Below, piece after piece: positions 1-9,238 of a stretch of 64,000 nt of DNA. The stretch's first letter is position 1. Every line of letters begins with the position of its first letter. A program made the translations under genes and the position numbers. Under the pieces are notes generated by a model. The model was not told the origin of the DNA. It did not search any database and saw only the letters and a list, made by a program, of their open reading frames with translations. The DNA is from Candidatus Thorarchaeota archaeon (GTDB taxonomy: Archaea; Asgardarchaeota; Thorarchaeia; Thorarchaeales; Thorarchaeaceae): assembly GCA_011364985.1 (NCBI GenBank), contig RDOC01000003.1:128001-192000 (forward strand). Direction: 5' to 3'.

Positions 1-263
1 ACGCGCATTCGCAGATGGTAGTTTCTCCTCCCTGCATACTTTGTCATGTGTCGGTTTGACGCAACACGCGCAGCCTCAAGAGCCTGATGTCTGATTTGAC
101 ATCTTTCAAGACCGTATAGGGATACCTCAACTGGGAAGTCACCACCAGTCTCGCCCATGTCAAAGCTGACTATTCGGCTGGCTGGCTGGCGATGTATGAA
201 CCGCTTACGGACGAATGGCTGCCGATCCGCCTCTCGATAACAGTGACCTGGACGCTTTCCCAT
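1..263 (-). CDS. rpl10e: 50S ribosomal protein L16/L10e (5' part; runs off the window edge)
   Basis: Not in the ORF track. Manual translation from ATG at 263 gives MGKRPGHCYREADRQPFVRKRFIHRQPASRIVSFDMG...QIRHQALEAARVASNRHM..., matching the L10e motifs MG.RP..CYR and ALEAAR. Confidence 0.95.
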   Translation of the reverse strand, partial: MGKRPGHCYREADRQPFVRKRFIHRQPASRIVSFDMGETGGDFPVEVSLYGLERCQIRHQALEAARVASNRHMTKYAGRRNYHLRMR

Positions 264-444
264 TTTCTTCACCTAGACAAGATTTATAGTCTTGAGTAAC
301 TAGACTCATCGCTTCGCCTTGTAGAACCAATAAAAGGATTATGGCATGGGAACGTTCTCTTTGGAGAGGAACCTTGCCGGAAATTGGAGAATACAGCTCA
401 GATTTTCGGTGAGTCCGCATTTGCTCGAGTCTACAATAGTATAG

Positions 445-1542
445 TTACGTATTCCTGTCCCGATATAATCGCATTCGTGTGAGCAGGTCGTTCCATTCAG
501 GTCTGCTATGCAATTGAATGAAGTCCAGGCACACACGAGTTTCAGCAGCATTTGTCCAACCATTATCAACAGCAAGTAGAAGAAGTTCCATGGCTCGGTC
601 AAGTTCTCCCAGTATGGCATTGGACCGAGCGCACATGAAGTAAAACCAAGGATCAACCTCGCCCATTGCGAATGAAGTTTCGAAGGACTTGATTGCTGCG
701 TCATGTGTCCCTTGGAGAAATTGGCGCACACCTCCTTCCGCAACATGCATGGCTGCATTTACCATGCATGCATATTGTTCATACTCACGTTCACGTTCAA
801 ACCCGACACGTTCAGCTGTTCGTTGAGAGCCAAGATTGTAGTCATGGGTATGCCACCCCACGGTACTATAGCCATGCGAGAGAGCATACTCAGCATTGGC
901 TGCAGCAGTGACCGTAGCAAATCCTCTCTTACGGTACTCTGGAAGGGTCTGTATTCCAATCTCGCATTCATCTCCATGGCAACAGTCACAGAGGCTGTAT
1001 GACACAATCCGGTTTCTGTGGATGATGCAGGTACCAAATCCGTGTTTCGAGAAGTTCTCCAGTGACCCCCAGTTTGACGTTATCCAGTGGGGGTATAGAT
1101 GATGTGGACAGGAGATGTTCTTGTTCTCAAGGAGGGCTCTGTCAATCCTGTGGACAGTGTATCCTGTGGGGAGCATTTCCCTCCAGTCAATCTTGACTTC
1201 CGTACAGAGATAATGAATTCTGTTGTCCTGAAGTGGTGGTCGTAAGGGAATTATCTCAGGAAAGTGAAACTTCCACTCCTCAGAGTCTATGTCAAAATAG
1301 AGGCACGCTGTGAGCTCGCCCTTCTCGGACTCCTCGTGGATGTATCTCTCAGACCACTCCTTCAACCAGCTCTTGAACCCATGATTCGATGAGTTTCCTG
1401 CGAGAAAGAAACCCTCAGAGTTGAACATCCAACCACAAGTGGGGTTTCCAATATCATCCACAAATACATACCCAGAATTTGTCACATCCAGCATTGAGTC
1501 AACACTTAGCTGATAATGAAGCGGTCTGAATAGCTCCCTCAC
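445..1542 (-). CDS. GNAT family acetyltransferase with C-terminal TPR-like helices
   Basis: EIGIQTLPEYRKRGFAT acetyl-CoA motif and NLGSQRTAERVGF; C-terminal WFYFMCARSNAILGELDRAMELLLLAVDNGW resembles a TPR end. The frame stays open to an ATA at 1575 preceded by a GGTGA SD-like motif, so the true start may be upstream. Confidence 0.8.
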   Translation of the reverse strand: MRELFRPLHYQLSVDSMLDVTNSGYVFVDDIGNPTCGWMFNSEGFFLAGNSSNHGFKSWLKEWSERYIHEESEKGELTACLYFDIDSEEWKFHFPEIIPLRPPLQDNRIHYLCTEVKIDWREMLPTGYTVHRIDRALLENKNISCPHHLYPHWITSNWGSLENFSKHGFGTCIIHRNRIVSYSLCDCCHGDECEIGIQTLPEYRKRGFATVTAAANAEYALSHGYSTVGWHTHDYNLGSQRTAERVGFEREREYEQYACMVNAAMHVAEGGVRQFLQGTHDAAIKSFETSFAMGEVDPWFYFMCARSNAILGELDRAMELLLLAVDNGWTNAAETRVCLDFIQLHSRPEWNDLLTRMRLYRDRNT

Positions 1543-1807
1543 GTTCTCATACTGTCGTGGATCTAACCTGATTATCTATATCACCTTCGTGAGATGAAGG
1601 GGATTAGGCACCGAGTCTAACGCCCATGCCTCGTATTCAGAGTACAGAAACTTAGTCAGTTCCTTGCTATGTGGGATTGGATACTTGTCAGTCATCTTAA
1701 GACCCTCCAAGTGGAACTTAACATTTGTTAAGCAAAGAGAGAGATAAATCTTCGTTATAATGCGAAGAAGTAACTTGCCTCAAATTCCTATTGAAGCGAG
1801 CTCTTGG

Positions 1808-3478
1808 CTATCGCTCTGGTCGAGCTAGAGCTTTGATGCCAATCCACACCATCAGAAGCCCCACAAAGGCAAGGGGTAAAACAGTCAGTACTATGATACC
1901 ACCGATCAAGCCGAGAGCACTTGCTAGGAACACATCCCCAAGATAGAAGATCCCTGCGAAAAGGGAAGCAAACGTTGTGCCAAAGACGATAATTGCGATT
2001 ATGAAAGCATTTACTGCGAAAGTCCGTGACCGAGTGTTCTCGTAGCTTGGATTGACTGACATCACTCCAACTGAAACCATCACTGTGCAGCAGATGAGAG
2101 AATAGCTATAAAGAAACAATGCAAGGATATAGAGAGGGTCAATTCCGAGAATCAAGACAACTATGATAGAAGGCACAAGCGCCATTGGAAGCCCTGAGAG
2201 GTAATAGCTGACAAGTCGCCCAATTATGAACTTCTTTGACCCAAGGGGAGCGTTTCTTATGACCCAGATGTGGTCCTTGCTCTCAATGAAACCTGTCCCG
2301 CCAAAGGTCATTGCAGCAATGATCATGAGCATATAGGACATCATGAACATTGGCATGAATACCTGAAAGAGTGGATCCGTATCGGGGTAGTCTGAGGTGC
2401 TTATGTTCATGATAGGCGGCATGAGAACAGCCATCATGACACCATAGGCAAGTCTTGAGAGATTCTCTGCCTTCCTAAAGAAGTCCTTTAGACTAGTAAC
2501 AACTAGAATTCCAAAGGGCCCAGGACTGACTCTTCGAATCCCTCTGAAGGCTATGTTCTCCTTGACTACTGTTGTAACAACTTCTGTTCGTGCTCCCAAT
2601 TGAAAGGTGAACACTGTATCTGCAGCTCTGAAAGCGAAAATTACCGTAACCAGTGTGAACAGCAGAAGTAATAGAGTATCGGTCAAAATATCAAAACCGA
2701 GGATTGGAACGAAAAGGTCTATCATCTCAGGGGTCACATTAGGACTAAACAGAATTGCACCCCATGATGTCATATCTGCACCCCATGTGAAGGGGAATAC
2801 GAGAAGGATGTTCATGCCTAATATCTCTGACATAGGACCTGCAAAAAGCATCAATGCATACAGGGGCAGCCCTGCGACAAGTCCGATAATCATTGATAGC
2901 GCTTTTGCTAGATCTGCTCCACGCTGGGACTCACCAATCTTCGCTTGAACTGCCAATGCTATGAGGTTGGACATCCACAGGGTTGACAGCACAACCAAAA
3001 GCACTGAGCCTAACATTATCAATTGCCCAAGAATGGTCACACTGTAAGCCAAGATGAATGGCGATAGAAGGATGGGTGCAAGGAACAGTACCATCAATCC
3101 ATAACTAGGAATCTTACCCACAAAAGTCCCAGTAAGCAATGATTTTGTGGATACATTACAACTGAGGATTATCTCCCATTGGCCAATCCGTATTTCCTGA
3201 AGGGCATAGAGAATGGGATAGATGAAGATTAGCATCCACAAGATCAGCATTACCGTCCGCATAAGTCCTGGAAGACTGACCATTAGCAGGGAGTATATCA
3301 ACGGATTCTGTCCAATAATAAGGCGCCATACCTCAGGAATCAGATAGAAACTCCAAAAGAAACCAAATACTGCAATTACGGAGAATACCAGAACTCTCCT
3401 GCTTCTAGCCTTCGAACTCCAAACAAGGAATTCAGCCTTTGCTATAGCGAACCAATGATGTGCCACGCGTCTATCCAC
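1808..3478 (-). CDS. Multi-pass membrane protein, putative ABC exporter permease
   Basis: 556 aa, about 12-14 hydrophobic segments, two ABC-2-like motifs (EIRIGQWEIILSCNV; ESKDHIWVIRNAPL). Confidence 0.65.
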   Translation of the reverse strand: MDRRVAHHWFAIAKAEFLVWSSKARSRRVLVFSVIAVFGFFWSFYLIPEVWRLIIGQNPLIYSLLMVSLPGLMRTVMLILWMLIFIYPILYALQEIRIGQWEIILSCNVSTKSLLTGTFVGKIPSYGLMVLFLAPILLSPFILAYSVTILGQLIMLGSVLLVVLSTLWMSNLIALAVQAKIGESQRGADLAKALSMIIGLVAGLPLYALMLFAGPMSEILGMNILLVFPFTWGADMTSWGAILFSPNVTPEMIDLFVPILGFDILTDTLLLLLFTLVTVIFAFRAADTVFTFQLGARTEVVTTVVKENIAFRGIRRVSPGPFGILVVTSLKDFFRKAENLSRLAYGVMMAVLMPPIMNISTSDYPDTDPLFQVFMPMFMMSYMLMIIAAMTFGGTGFIESKDHIWVIRNAPLGSKKFIIGRLVSYYLSGLPMALVPSIIVVLILGIDPLYILALFLYSYSLICCTVMVSVGVMSVNPSYENTRSRTFAVNAFIIAIIVFGTTFASLFAGIFYLGDVFLASALGLIGGIIVLTVLPLAFVGLLMVWIGIKALARPER

Positions 3479-3654
3479 TTCTCGCGAGTTATTCTACAAC
3501 TACTCTCTCAATGTCGTTCAATACTTATCTATGCTTCTTCCCGAGGAAACCAAGAACTTAAGAGAAAGCAATTCAATTCTGGCTTCGGTCCTATTATGCC
3601 CGAGAGGGGAATTCCCTTCGATTGACTCTCTAACATCAGGAGGGAAGTAAGCTC

Positions 3655-4050
3655 ATGGAATCGATACATGATGAAATCATTCATAGATCAAGAAAATGGG
3701 GTTCACTGATAGACCTGTGTATCTTCATACTCTTTAGCCAGCCAAAATTTACAATCATGGTTTACCCGCCGCCCCCTCCAGTGTATGTCCCCCCTCAACT
3801 GCTTGTCATCTATATGTCGATTTGCTTGGGCCTTCTGTTCTTTCTTTTGTGGGCCTTCAGTCTTTCGGCATCAACAGAGTCATTCCTCGTGAGAACGGCA
3901 CTGCTGTATATTATTGCAGGACTTCCCATGGCAATTGGATACTTTGTGGACGAACCTGCTCTATCCTCGTTACTAGGAACTGTGTACTTGTTCGCAGGGT
4001 ACCTGATCACCGTGATAGCTAGTCCCGTTCTTATCGTTGACGAGTCCTAG
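3655..4050 (+). CDS. Small membrane protein of unknown function
   Basis: GGAGG upstream; hydrophobic helices and a poly-Pro stretch. Confidence 0.5.
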   Translation: MESIHDEIIHRSRKWGSLIDLCIFILFSQPKFTIMVYPPPPPVYVPPQLLVIYMSICLGLLFFLLWAFSLSASTESFLVRTALLYIIAGLPMAIGYFVDEPALSSLLGTVYLFAGYLITVIASPVLIVDES

Positions 4051-4095
4051 ACCGGACCTTCATTTTCACACCAGACTACCACAAGAATAATGCAA

Positions 4096-4570
4096 CTACG
4101 TTCATTTCATTGACCCAAGATTCCACTCTCTCAGAGTTCAAGCAAGTTCCTTGATGTGATGAGCAGTGTGGTATAACAAGTATAGCAGTTTGTTATGGAC
4201 TGAAGTGAACCAGTAGAATCTATTTTGGGAACGCAGCTCGTCTTCTGTAAGCCCTCCCAATATATCATCAAGATGAGGCTGAATCTTTTACAGAAATGAA
4301 CTCACAAGCATCTTTGTGACTATGGGAAGAATTTCTGTCTTAATATCGATACTATTCATGCCATTCGTACCCAGCATGAGCATCCCATTTCATCTCACCT
4401 AGTTACTACACATGTAGAATTGAGCTGTTTCTATGATATGATAGCTTATGTAGGAGTAATGCCATTTCTTTTCATGTACTAGGTCAATTGCCATTCTCAA
4501 CATGTTCCAACCGGCAGTAAATTGATTTGCAATAGATGCCTTGGCCACATCAAGCAAGTTGACAGTCATG
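4096..4570 (-). pseudogene. Degraded DinB/YfiT-family gene
   Basis: Fragments NQFTAGWNMLRMAIDLVHEKKWHYSYISYHIIETAQFY and KLLYLLYHTAHHIKELA show the DinB His pattern; interrupted by frameshifts and several stops. Confidence 0.65.
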
Positions 4571-4666
4571 AATTCCAATCATCTCCAGACTCTCTTTTCA
4601 ATGCCAACTATACCTACCTCTATGTGAAGTAGTCTGCTTATTGTGTGCCTGTTAGTCTTGGGTCCC

Positions 4667-5587
4667 TCATTCCGTTAAGGCTGCAATGACTAGCAAGGGA
4701 AATAGAATAGTGGCATCGCCAATTACGGTTTCAAAATTCGCATCCGCTTGAACCTTTTGCCATGAAACTCCTTCGACAAGCGGAGCTCCGCCAAGACTCC
4801 CACCTTCAGGACGGTCCAAGGTTATTTGGATTGCTAGGTCTAAGCCACCCCTTAAGATTGTGGATCCCATCGTGAAATGCTTAGTCAAGCCCCCGCCCAA
4901 GATGATTGCTCCCGTTCTCTCTGTTTTGGTGATGATGCTACCAAGGATACGTAGATCTTTCACAAAATCCAGGGAGAACTCCTTTGTAGTGCTATAAGTG
5001 AACATATGAAAACCAAGCATGGAGTCCATCAGACCAGGAGAGAAGATTGGAACTCCAGTTCTGGCTGCTTGGTAGATAATCGAGTGCTTATCGTCAATTG
5101 TGTTGCCAAGCTCTGCGATGAATTCGCTTGGTGAGAGCCCAGACCTCTTCTCCTTCGGCATGGAATCTAAGAACTCGTAGATTCTCTGCTCGAACACCTC
5201 AAAGTCCTTCTCAGACACCACAATATCAGCAATACGGCCCATCCCTGCCTCGCGCAGTTTGTAATCATCATCTTCTGGTGAAACCCTGTAATGACCTCCA
5301 CCATAGGCTTCAACAAGGTCATGCACAATATTGGCACCGCTGGTGACTATCGTATCAATATGGCCGTGCTCTACAAGATGACTAATCACATGACGAAGCC
5401 CTCCGGGGACCATGGGCCCCGACAGAGAGAGAAATTTGAAGCAACCATCATCCTTGAACATTCTCTCCATGATGGATTTCGCCCTTCCAAAACGCCCTGC
5501 TCCAAGGACTCCAACATCATGCATGGATTCGATGATGACCTTAATGTTACCTGACTGTGTGGGGTCGATATGCTGAACGCGCTGCAT
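4667..5587 (-). CDS. dys: Deoxyhypusine synthase
   Basis: Motifs SGPMVPGGLR, TSGANIVHD, ILGGGLTKH, GSLGGAPLVEGVSWQK, GDATILFP. Confidence 0.93.
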   Translation of the reverse strand: MQRVQHIDPTQSGNIKVIIESMHDVGVLGAGRFGRAKSIMERMFKDDGCFKFLSLSGPMVPGGLRHVISHLVEHGHIDTIVTSGANIVHDLVEAYGGGHYRVSPEDDDYKLREAGMGRIADIVVSEKDFEVFEQRIYEFLDSMPKEKRSGLSPSEFIAELGNTIDDKHSIIYQAARTGVPIFSPGLMDSMLGFHMFTYSTTKEFSLDFVKDLRILGSIITKTERTGAIILGGGLTKHFTMGSTILRGGLDLAIQITLDRPEGGSLGGAPLVEGVSWQKVQADANFETVIGDATILFPLLVIAALTE

Positions 5588-5650
5588 AATAAGTCACTGA
5601 GAAAGCTGGTTTGTGAATTGGAGATAAGTCATTCGCAGGAAAAATGGTGA

Positions 5651-5758
5651 CACGGGTCTAGGCTATCCCGGGAGGGCAAGCCGTTCATTGCAAAGCGGAC
5701 AATTCTGGACATGAAACCCTCTGTCCTTCTAGGAACGGCACTGGAACCCAGACCCGTG
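5651..5758 (-). ncRNA. Candidate structured RNA with pseudoknot (unassigned family)
   Basis: Nested stems CACGGGTCTGGGTT/AGCCTAGACCCGTG (G-U pairs work only on the minus strand), GCCGTTC/GAACGGC, GGACA/TGTCC; loop GAGGG is complementary to CCCTC; followed by a T-run. Confidence 0.55.
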
Positions 5759-5923
5759 AATCCAAAAGTGAATCAAGTAATAGAGAAGAGTGATGCGAGT
5801 TCACCTTTTCTAGAACCCGCAGTCTGTTTTCTTGAACAAGGCACTCGTGGAGAGAAGGGTGAAACTAATTAAGGAGTAGCCTTGTTCAATATCTTTAAAC
5901 ACGTAGGGGAGTGAACACAACTT

Positions 5924-6571
5924 ATGCAGGCCATTATTGAAATAGTCAGAGAGATGTTCGTGTACTTGATTCTCCTTGATGCTCTCTTCTTGCAAGGGGT
6001 ATGGATATATCTAGGGCGTAAGGGAGAAGAAGCCTATATTGATGATTTGATTAATTTCCGATCTCCAGACTCATCACTCTCACGTTTCTATGAATGGCGT
6101 GTATCAAACATTGCAAATGCAATCGCGGAGAGCATATTGTTCGTTGTTGTCCTGATTCTGACAATTATCGGACTGGCAGCACTTGCTGGAGATATTATGA
6201 TTCTTGAGCCTCTTGTGCCAGTTCTCATCTTCGTTGTATTCATGTCGTTGATTAGCGTTATACAAATGGTACGACGCATTGCATTCGCAATCGAAAAGGA
6301 GAAAGAAGTGTCAAAGCGTCTCAAAGCTGCGGAATTCAAGATCGAGACCGCTCAGAGCATTGTTGACGACCTTTCAAACCAAGGGCAGTTTGCGGATGGC
6401 AGGCTGTGGTTTGTATTATTCAGAATATCAAGGCGACAGGACCCAGTGGGATATGCTGTAAAAGATGTTCTGATAGAAAAGGGAAAGAGATTGCTCAGAC
6501 GTATTAAGGCAGAGGACGCGCGTAGAATGGCAGGGGCACCACCCTCCTCAGAGGGCCCAGGAATAGAATAG
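5924..6571 (+). CDS. Membrane protein of unknown function
   Basis: 215 aa, three hydrophobic segments plus a soluble C-terminus. Confidence 0.7.
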   Translation: MQAIIEIVREMFVYLILLDALFLQGVWIYLGRKGEEAYIDDLINFRSPDSSLSRFYEWRVSNIANAIAESILFVVVLILTIIGLAALAGDIMILEPLVPVLIFVVFMSLISVIQMVRRIAFAIEKEKEVSKRLKAAEFKIETAQSIVDDLSNQGQFADGRLWFVLFRISRRQDPVGYAVKDVLIEKGKRLLRRIKAEDARRMAGAPPSSEGPGIE

Positions 6572-6684
6572 CATTCATCCGTTCCAGTCAAGTTGCTTTG
6601 CCTTTAAGACCAGATTGGACTCCTTTAGTAAGTCTTATATGAAATCCGAAAGGCGTCAACCAGAACTCTTAGGGAGAATGTCCA

Positions 6685-6969
6685 ATGTCTAAGAACATCA
6701 TCAAGAAGGGTCTCAAAGGCGTAGTGGCCAGTTACCGCAGAGGCAAGCATCTTCAACATCCAAACCAGGTCCTTCTTTTATTCAATGATATCAAGACGAA
6801 AACCGAGGCAGCATCATTGATAGGAAGACAAGTAAGTTGGACTTCTTCCACGGGAAGAGAAGTCCTTGGCAAGGTGCTGAGTGTTCATGGAAACAGTGGA
6901 GTAGTCCGTGCCAAGTTTCGTACTAATCTTCCAGGACAGGCAATAGGTACTCCTGTTGAGATTCTGTAG
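6685..6969 (+). CDS. rpl35ae: 50S ribosomal protein L35Ae
   Basis: SYRRGKHLQHPNQVLL and HGNSGVVRAKFRTNLPGQAIG signature. Confidence 0.96.
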   Translation: MSKNIIKKGLKGVVASYRRGKHLQHPNQVLLLFNDIKTKTEAASLIGRQVSWTSSTGREVLGKVLSVHGNSGVVRAKFRTNLPGQAIGTPVEIL

Positions 6970-7204
6970 TATTTCTCTTTTAGATTATCATTCTCGAATC
7001 TCAAATGCACTGATAAGGCCCATAAAGAGCTTGCAAGAATCTGAATCAGAACAAAATGAAAAAAAAAGAGAAAATACTTCCTACCGGCCCCGTTCTAAAA
7101 TTGGCGAGTGTGAATTCGGAAGGAAGAATTGGAGGCAGAATGATTGATGTATCGTTCATTTCGAAAATGTTGAAGATGAGAATGACATTCATGAAGTCAG
7201 AGTC

Positions 7205-7471
7205 TTGAGCACTTCTTCTGAGACCTCCAAGAGTCAGCCAATCGCCCACGAATGGATTGATAATGAAATTCGAAGATCAGTGATGAGTGGATCCATTGAA
7301 AAAGAGAACATGGAAAGACTAGCGGACGCCGTTGTTGATTACCTTGAAAGAAGGTATGATGATTGGGGAATACTAGAATGGGTATTAGTAGAAATGTATA
7401 AGATTGGACACCTTCTTGTTCAACATGTTCCGATGATGACATATGGCTATCACAGGACATTCGTCCAATGA
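7205..7471 (+). CDS. Small hypothetical protein (possibly a fragment)
   Basis: 88-aa ORF with plausible helical composition; no recognised motif. Confidence 0.3.
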   Translation: MSTSSETSKSQPIAHEWIDNEIRRSVMSGSIEKENMERLADAVVDYLERRYDDWGILEWVLVEMYKIGHLLVQHVPMMTYGYHRTFVQ

Positions 7472-7574
7472 TGTTTCATAGTTAGTCTGAGGAACACTAT
7501 TGCTTTGAGAATCGAGGATAGAAGAGGAAGCCTCTTCCTAGATTCTTCACGTAAGTGCTAGTGGATGTGATAAT

Positions 7575-8120
7575 GTGCTTGAGTGGATGTTTCTCTTTGC
7601 TGCGTACTTATGTGCAGGCTTCACACTCAAGCTTGGCGATGACCTTCTGGATGAATTGAAAGAACCAAATATGGCAACTATGCCTCTTGGGCTCTCAGGG
7701 CTAATTTTCGGTCTGCTCATGTCCAACTCCGAATGGGACTTGGCTCTACTGACGGCCATAGTAATTGGTGTAATTCTCTCAGGAAAAGTGAACAAGCCTC
7801 AGTTCTTGATAGGATTTATTCTCATTGGTATAGTCCTTGTCTTGAACGGTCTGCCGGCTGTGTCTGATATCATAATCTGGTTCGTAGTTCTACTAGTGCT
7901 TCTATTCACTGCGATTCTTGACGAGATACAGAATGATAGAGCAGACAAGAACAGCGATACCATTCGCTCGAAGTTCTTTCTCTATCGATTCACAATGAAA
8001 TTGTCGGTCTTGATATTGGCAATTCTCATGCCTCAATTCCTTCCTACAGCAATCGGTCTTTGGATGTTTGACACGGGCTATGAAACAGCAAGAGTAATTG
8101 TGCGAAGAACTAGACCATAG
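7575..8120 (+). CDS. Archaeal membrane protein of unknown function
   Basis: KLGDDLLDE and GKVN motifs, multiple TM helices. Confidence 0.7.
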   Translation: MLEWMFLFAAYLCAGFTLKLGDDLLDELKEPNMATMPLGLSGLIFGLLMSNSEWDLALLTAIVIGVILSGKVNKPQFLIGFILIGIVLVLNGLPAVSDIIIWFVVLLVLLFTAILDEIQNDRADKNSDTIRSKFFLYRFTMKLSVLILAILMPQFLPTAIGLWMFDTGYETARVIVRRTRP

Positions 8121-9114
8121 TGAATACAAGGCTGCAGCATTCATCGCTAAAGACTGGCTTCAAATTCATCGTCTTTGCGAAGTCCACTCCTTCTTGACTA
8201 ATGTAGGCCACGCCATTGGCTCCAGACATTATCGCATACTTGTCGCTCTCAATCTTATGTTGACCCAGAGGACGTGCGCACCCCAGTACAACCGGAACTT
8301 TGGGCATTCCCAAACGAGCCACTGTGAGGACTCTTCCAACGATTTCAGGGGAGGGGGCTTCTACCTTGGCCATGGGAGTCTGTCTTGCCGGAATTAGAGC
8401 TATGATAACTACGGCAGAGGGGTGATATTGAGAGATGATATTAAGCGCTGCAATCTCGCCAGCAATTTTGCCATAGTTGAGACCAACCAAGACATGAGGA
8501 GCTGTAGGAATTCCAGTTTCATGGAGAATTTCAAGAGATTCCTTCATTCTATCAGGGCCATTCTTCAAACGGTAGACTGTACTTGCTGTTTCTTCATCAC
8601 CAATGATATCCAGCATGGCAGCATCAATATGGGCTTCCTTTAAGATTGATGCCGTTTCTCGATCTACAAGACCAGTGTGAACGACAACGTTCAGCCCTAG
8701 TTCTTCCTTTACTATCCTTATGGCATTTCCAAACTCAAGCAGTGGAACATGACCCTCGATTGTGGCGCCTCCACTAATCAAGACACCTCTTGCGCCCAGT
8801 TCTTTGAGCCTCCTGCATTTCTCTAAGAGCCTCTCGGGAGTCTTGACATCCTGCATCCCCGCCAGCAGGCGACCTTTGCAGTGTTCACAACCCAAGGCGC
8901 ACGAAGTGCCTGTGACACTGAGTGATGTGAAAGCATGAGGGCTTTCCTGCTGATGGGCAGGGATGTTATGAGGATATCCTGTTGGACTATAACATAGGAG
9001 ACTCCTTCCAAAGATCTTTCTGCGTGTATTGAGGGCCATGTTCATCCATTGTTCAAGCTCCGACTTGTCGGCACTCAGCAAGGATAGACCATCACGGGTA
9101 ATATCAAAGTCCAC
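8110..9114 (-). CDS. Radical SAM protein (biotin-synthase-like archaeal family)
   Basis: CALGCEHC (CxxxCxxC), ISGG, LGCARP. Confidence 0.88.
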   Translation of the reverse strand: MDFDITRDGLSLLSADKSELEQWMNMALNTRRKIFGRSLLCYSPTGYPHNIPAHQQESPHAFTSLSVTGTSCALGCEHCKGRLLAGMQDVKTPERLLEKCRRLKELGARGVLISGGATIEGHVPLLEFGNAIRIVKEELGLNVVVHTGLVDRETASILKEAHIDAAMLDIIGDEETASTVYRLKNGPDRMKESLEILHETGIPTAPHVLVGLNYGKIAGEIAALNIISQYHPSAVVIIALIPARQTPMAKVEAPSPEIVGRVLTVARLGMPKVPVVLGCARPLGQHKIESDKYAIMSGANGVAYISQEGVDFAKTMNLKPVFSDECCSLVFTMV

Positions 9115-9238
9115 AGTCGTTCCTCAAAACAGCCTCTCTCGCCTATGCTATTAGATTTGCGATTAGCTGCAATATGACAAGAAACAAGTAGTCAAAGCCT
9201 TCATCAAGGTATTCAGCATTTGATAAGTAAAGGTGCAT

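Noticed and set aside
1576-1695. 39-codon ORF in frame with the GNAT gene, separated by TAG (possible Pyl read-through)
   Set aside because: A GGTGA SD-like motif sits just before an ATA candidate start after the TAG, and many conserved genes here (rpl35ae, rps8e, nadC, rqcH) end in TAG, arguing against amber recoding
5645-5762. Structured RNA ending in ACCA interpreted as tRNA or tRNA-Sec
   Set aside because: No T arm or D arm and no cloverleaf could be built, even allowing BHB introns
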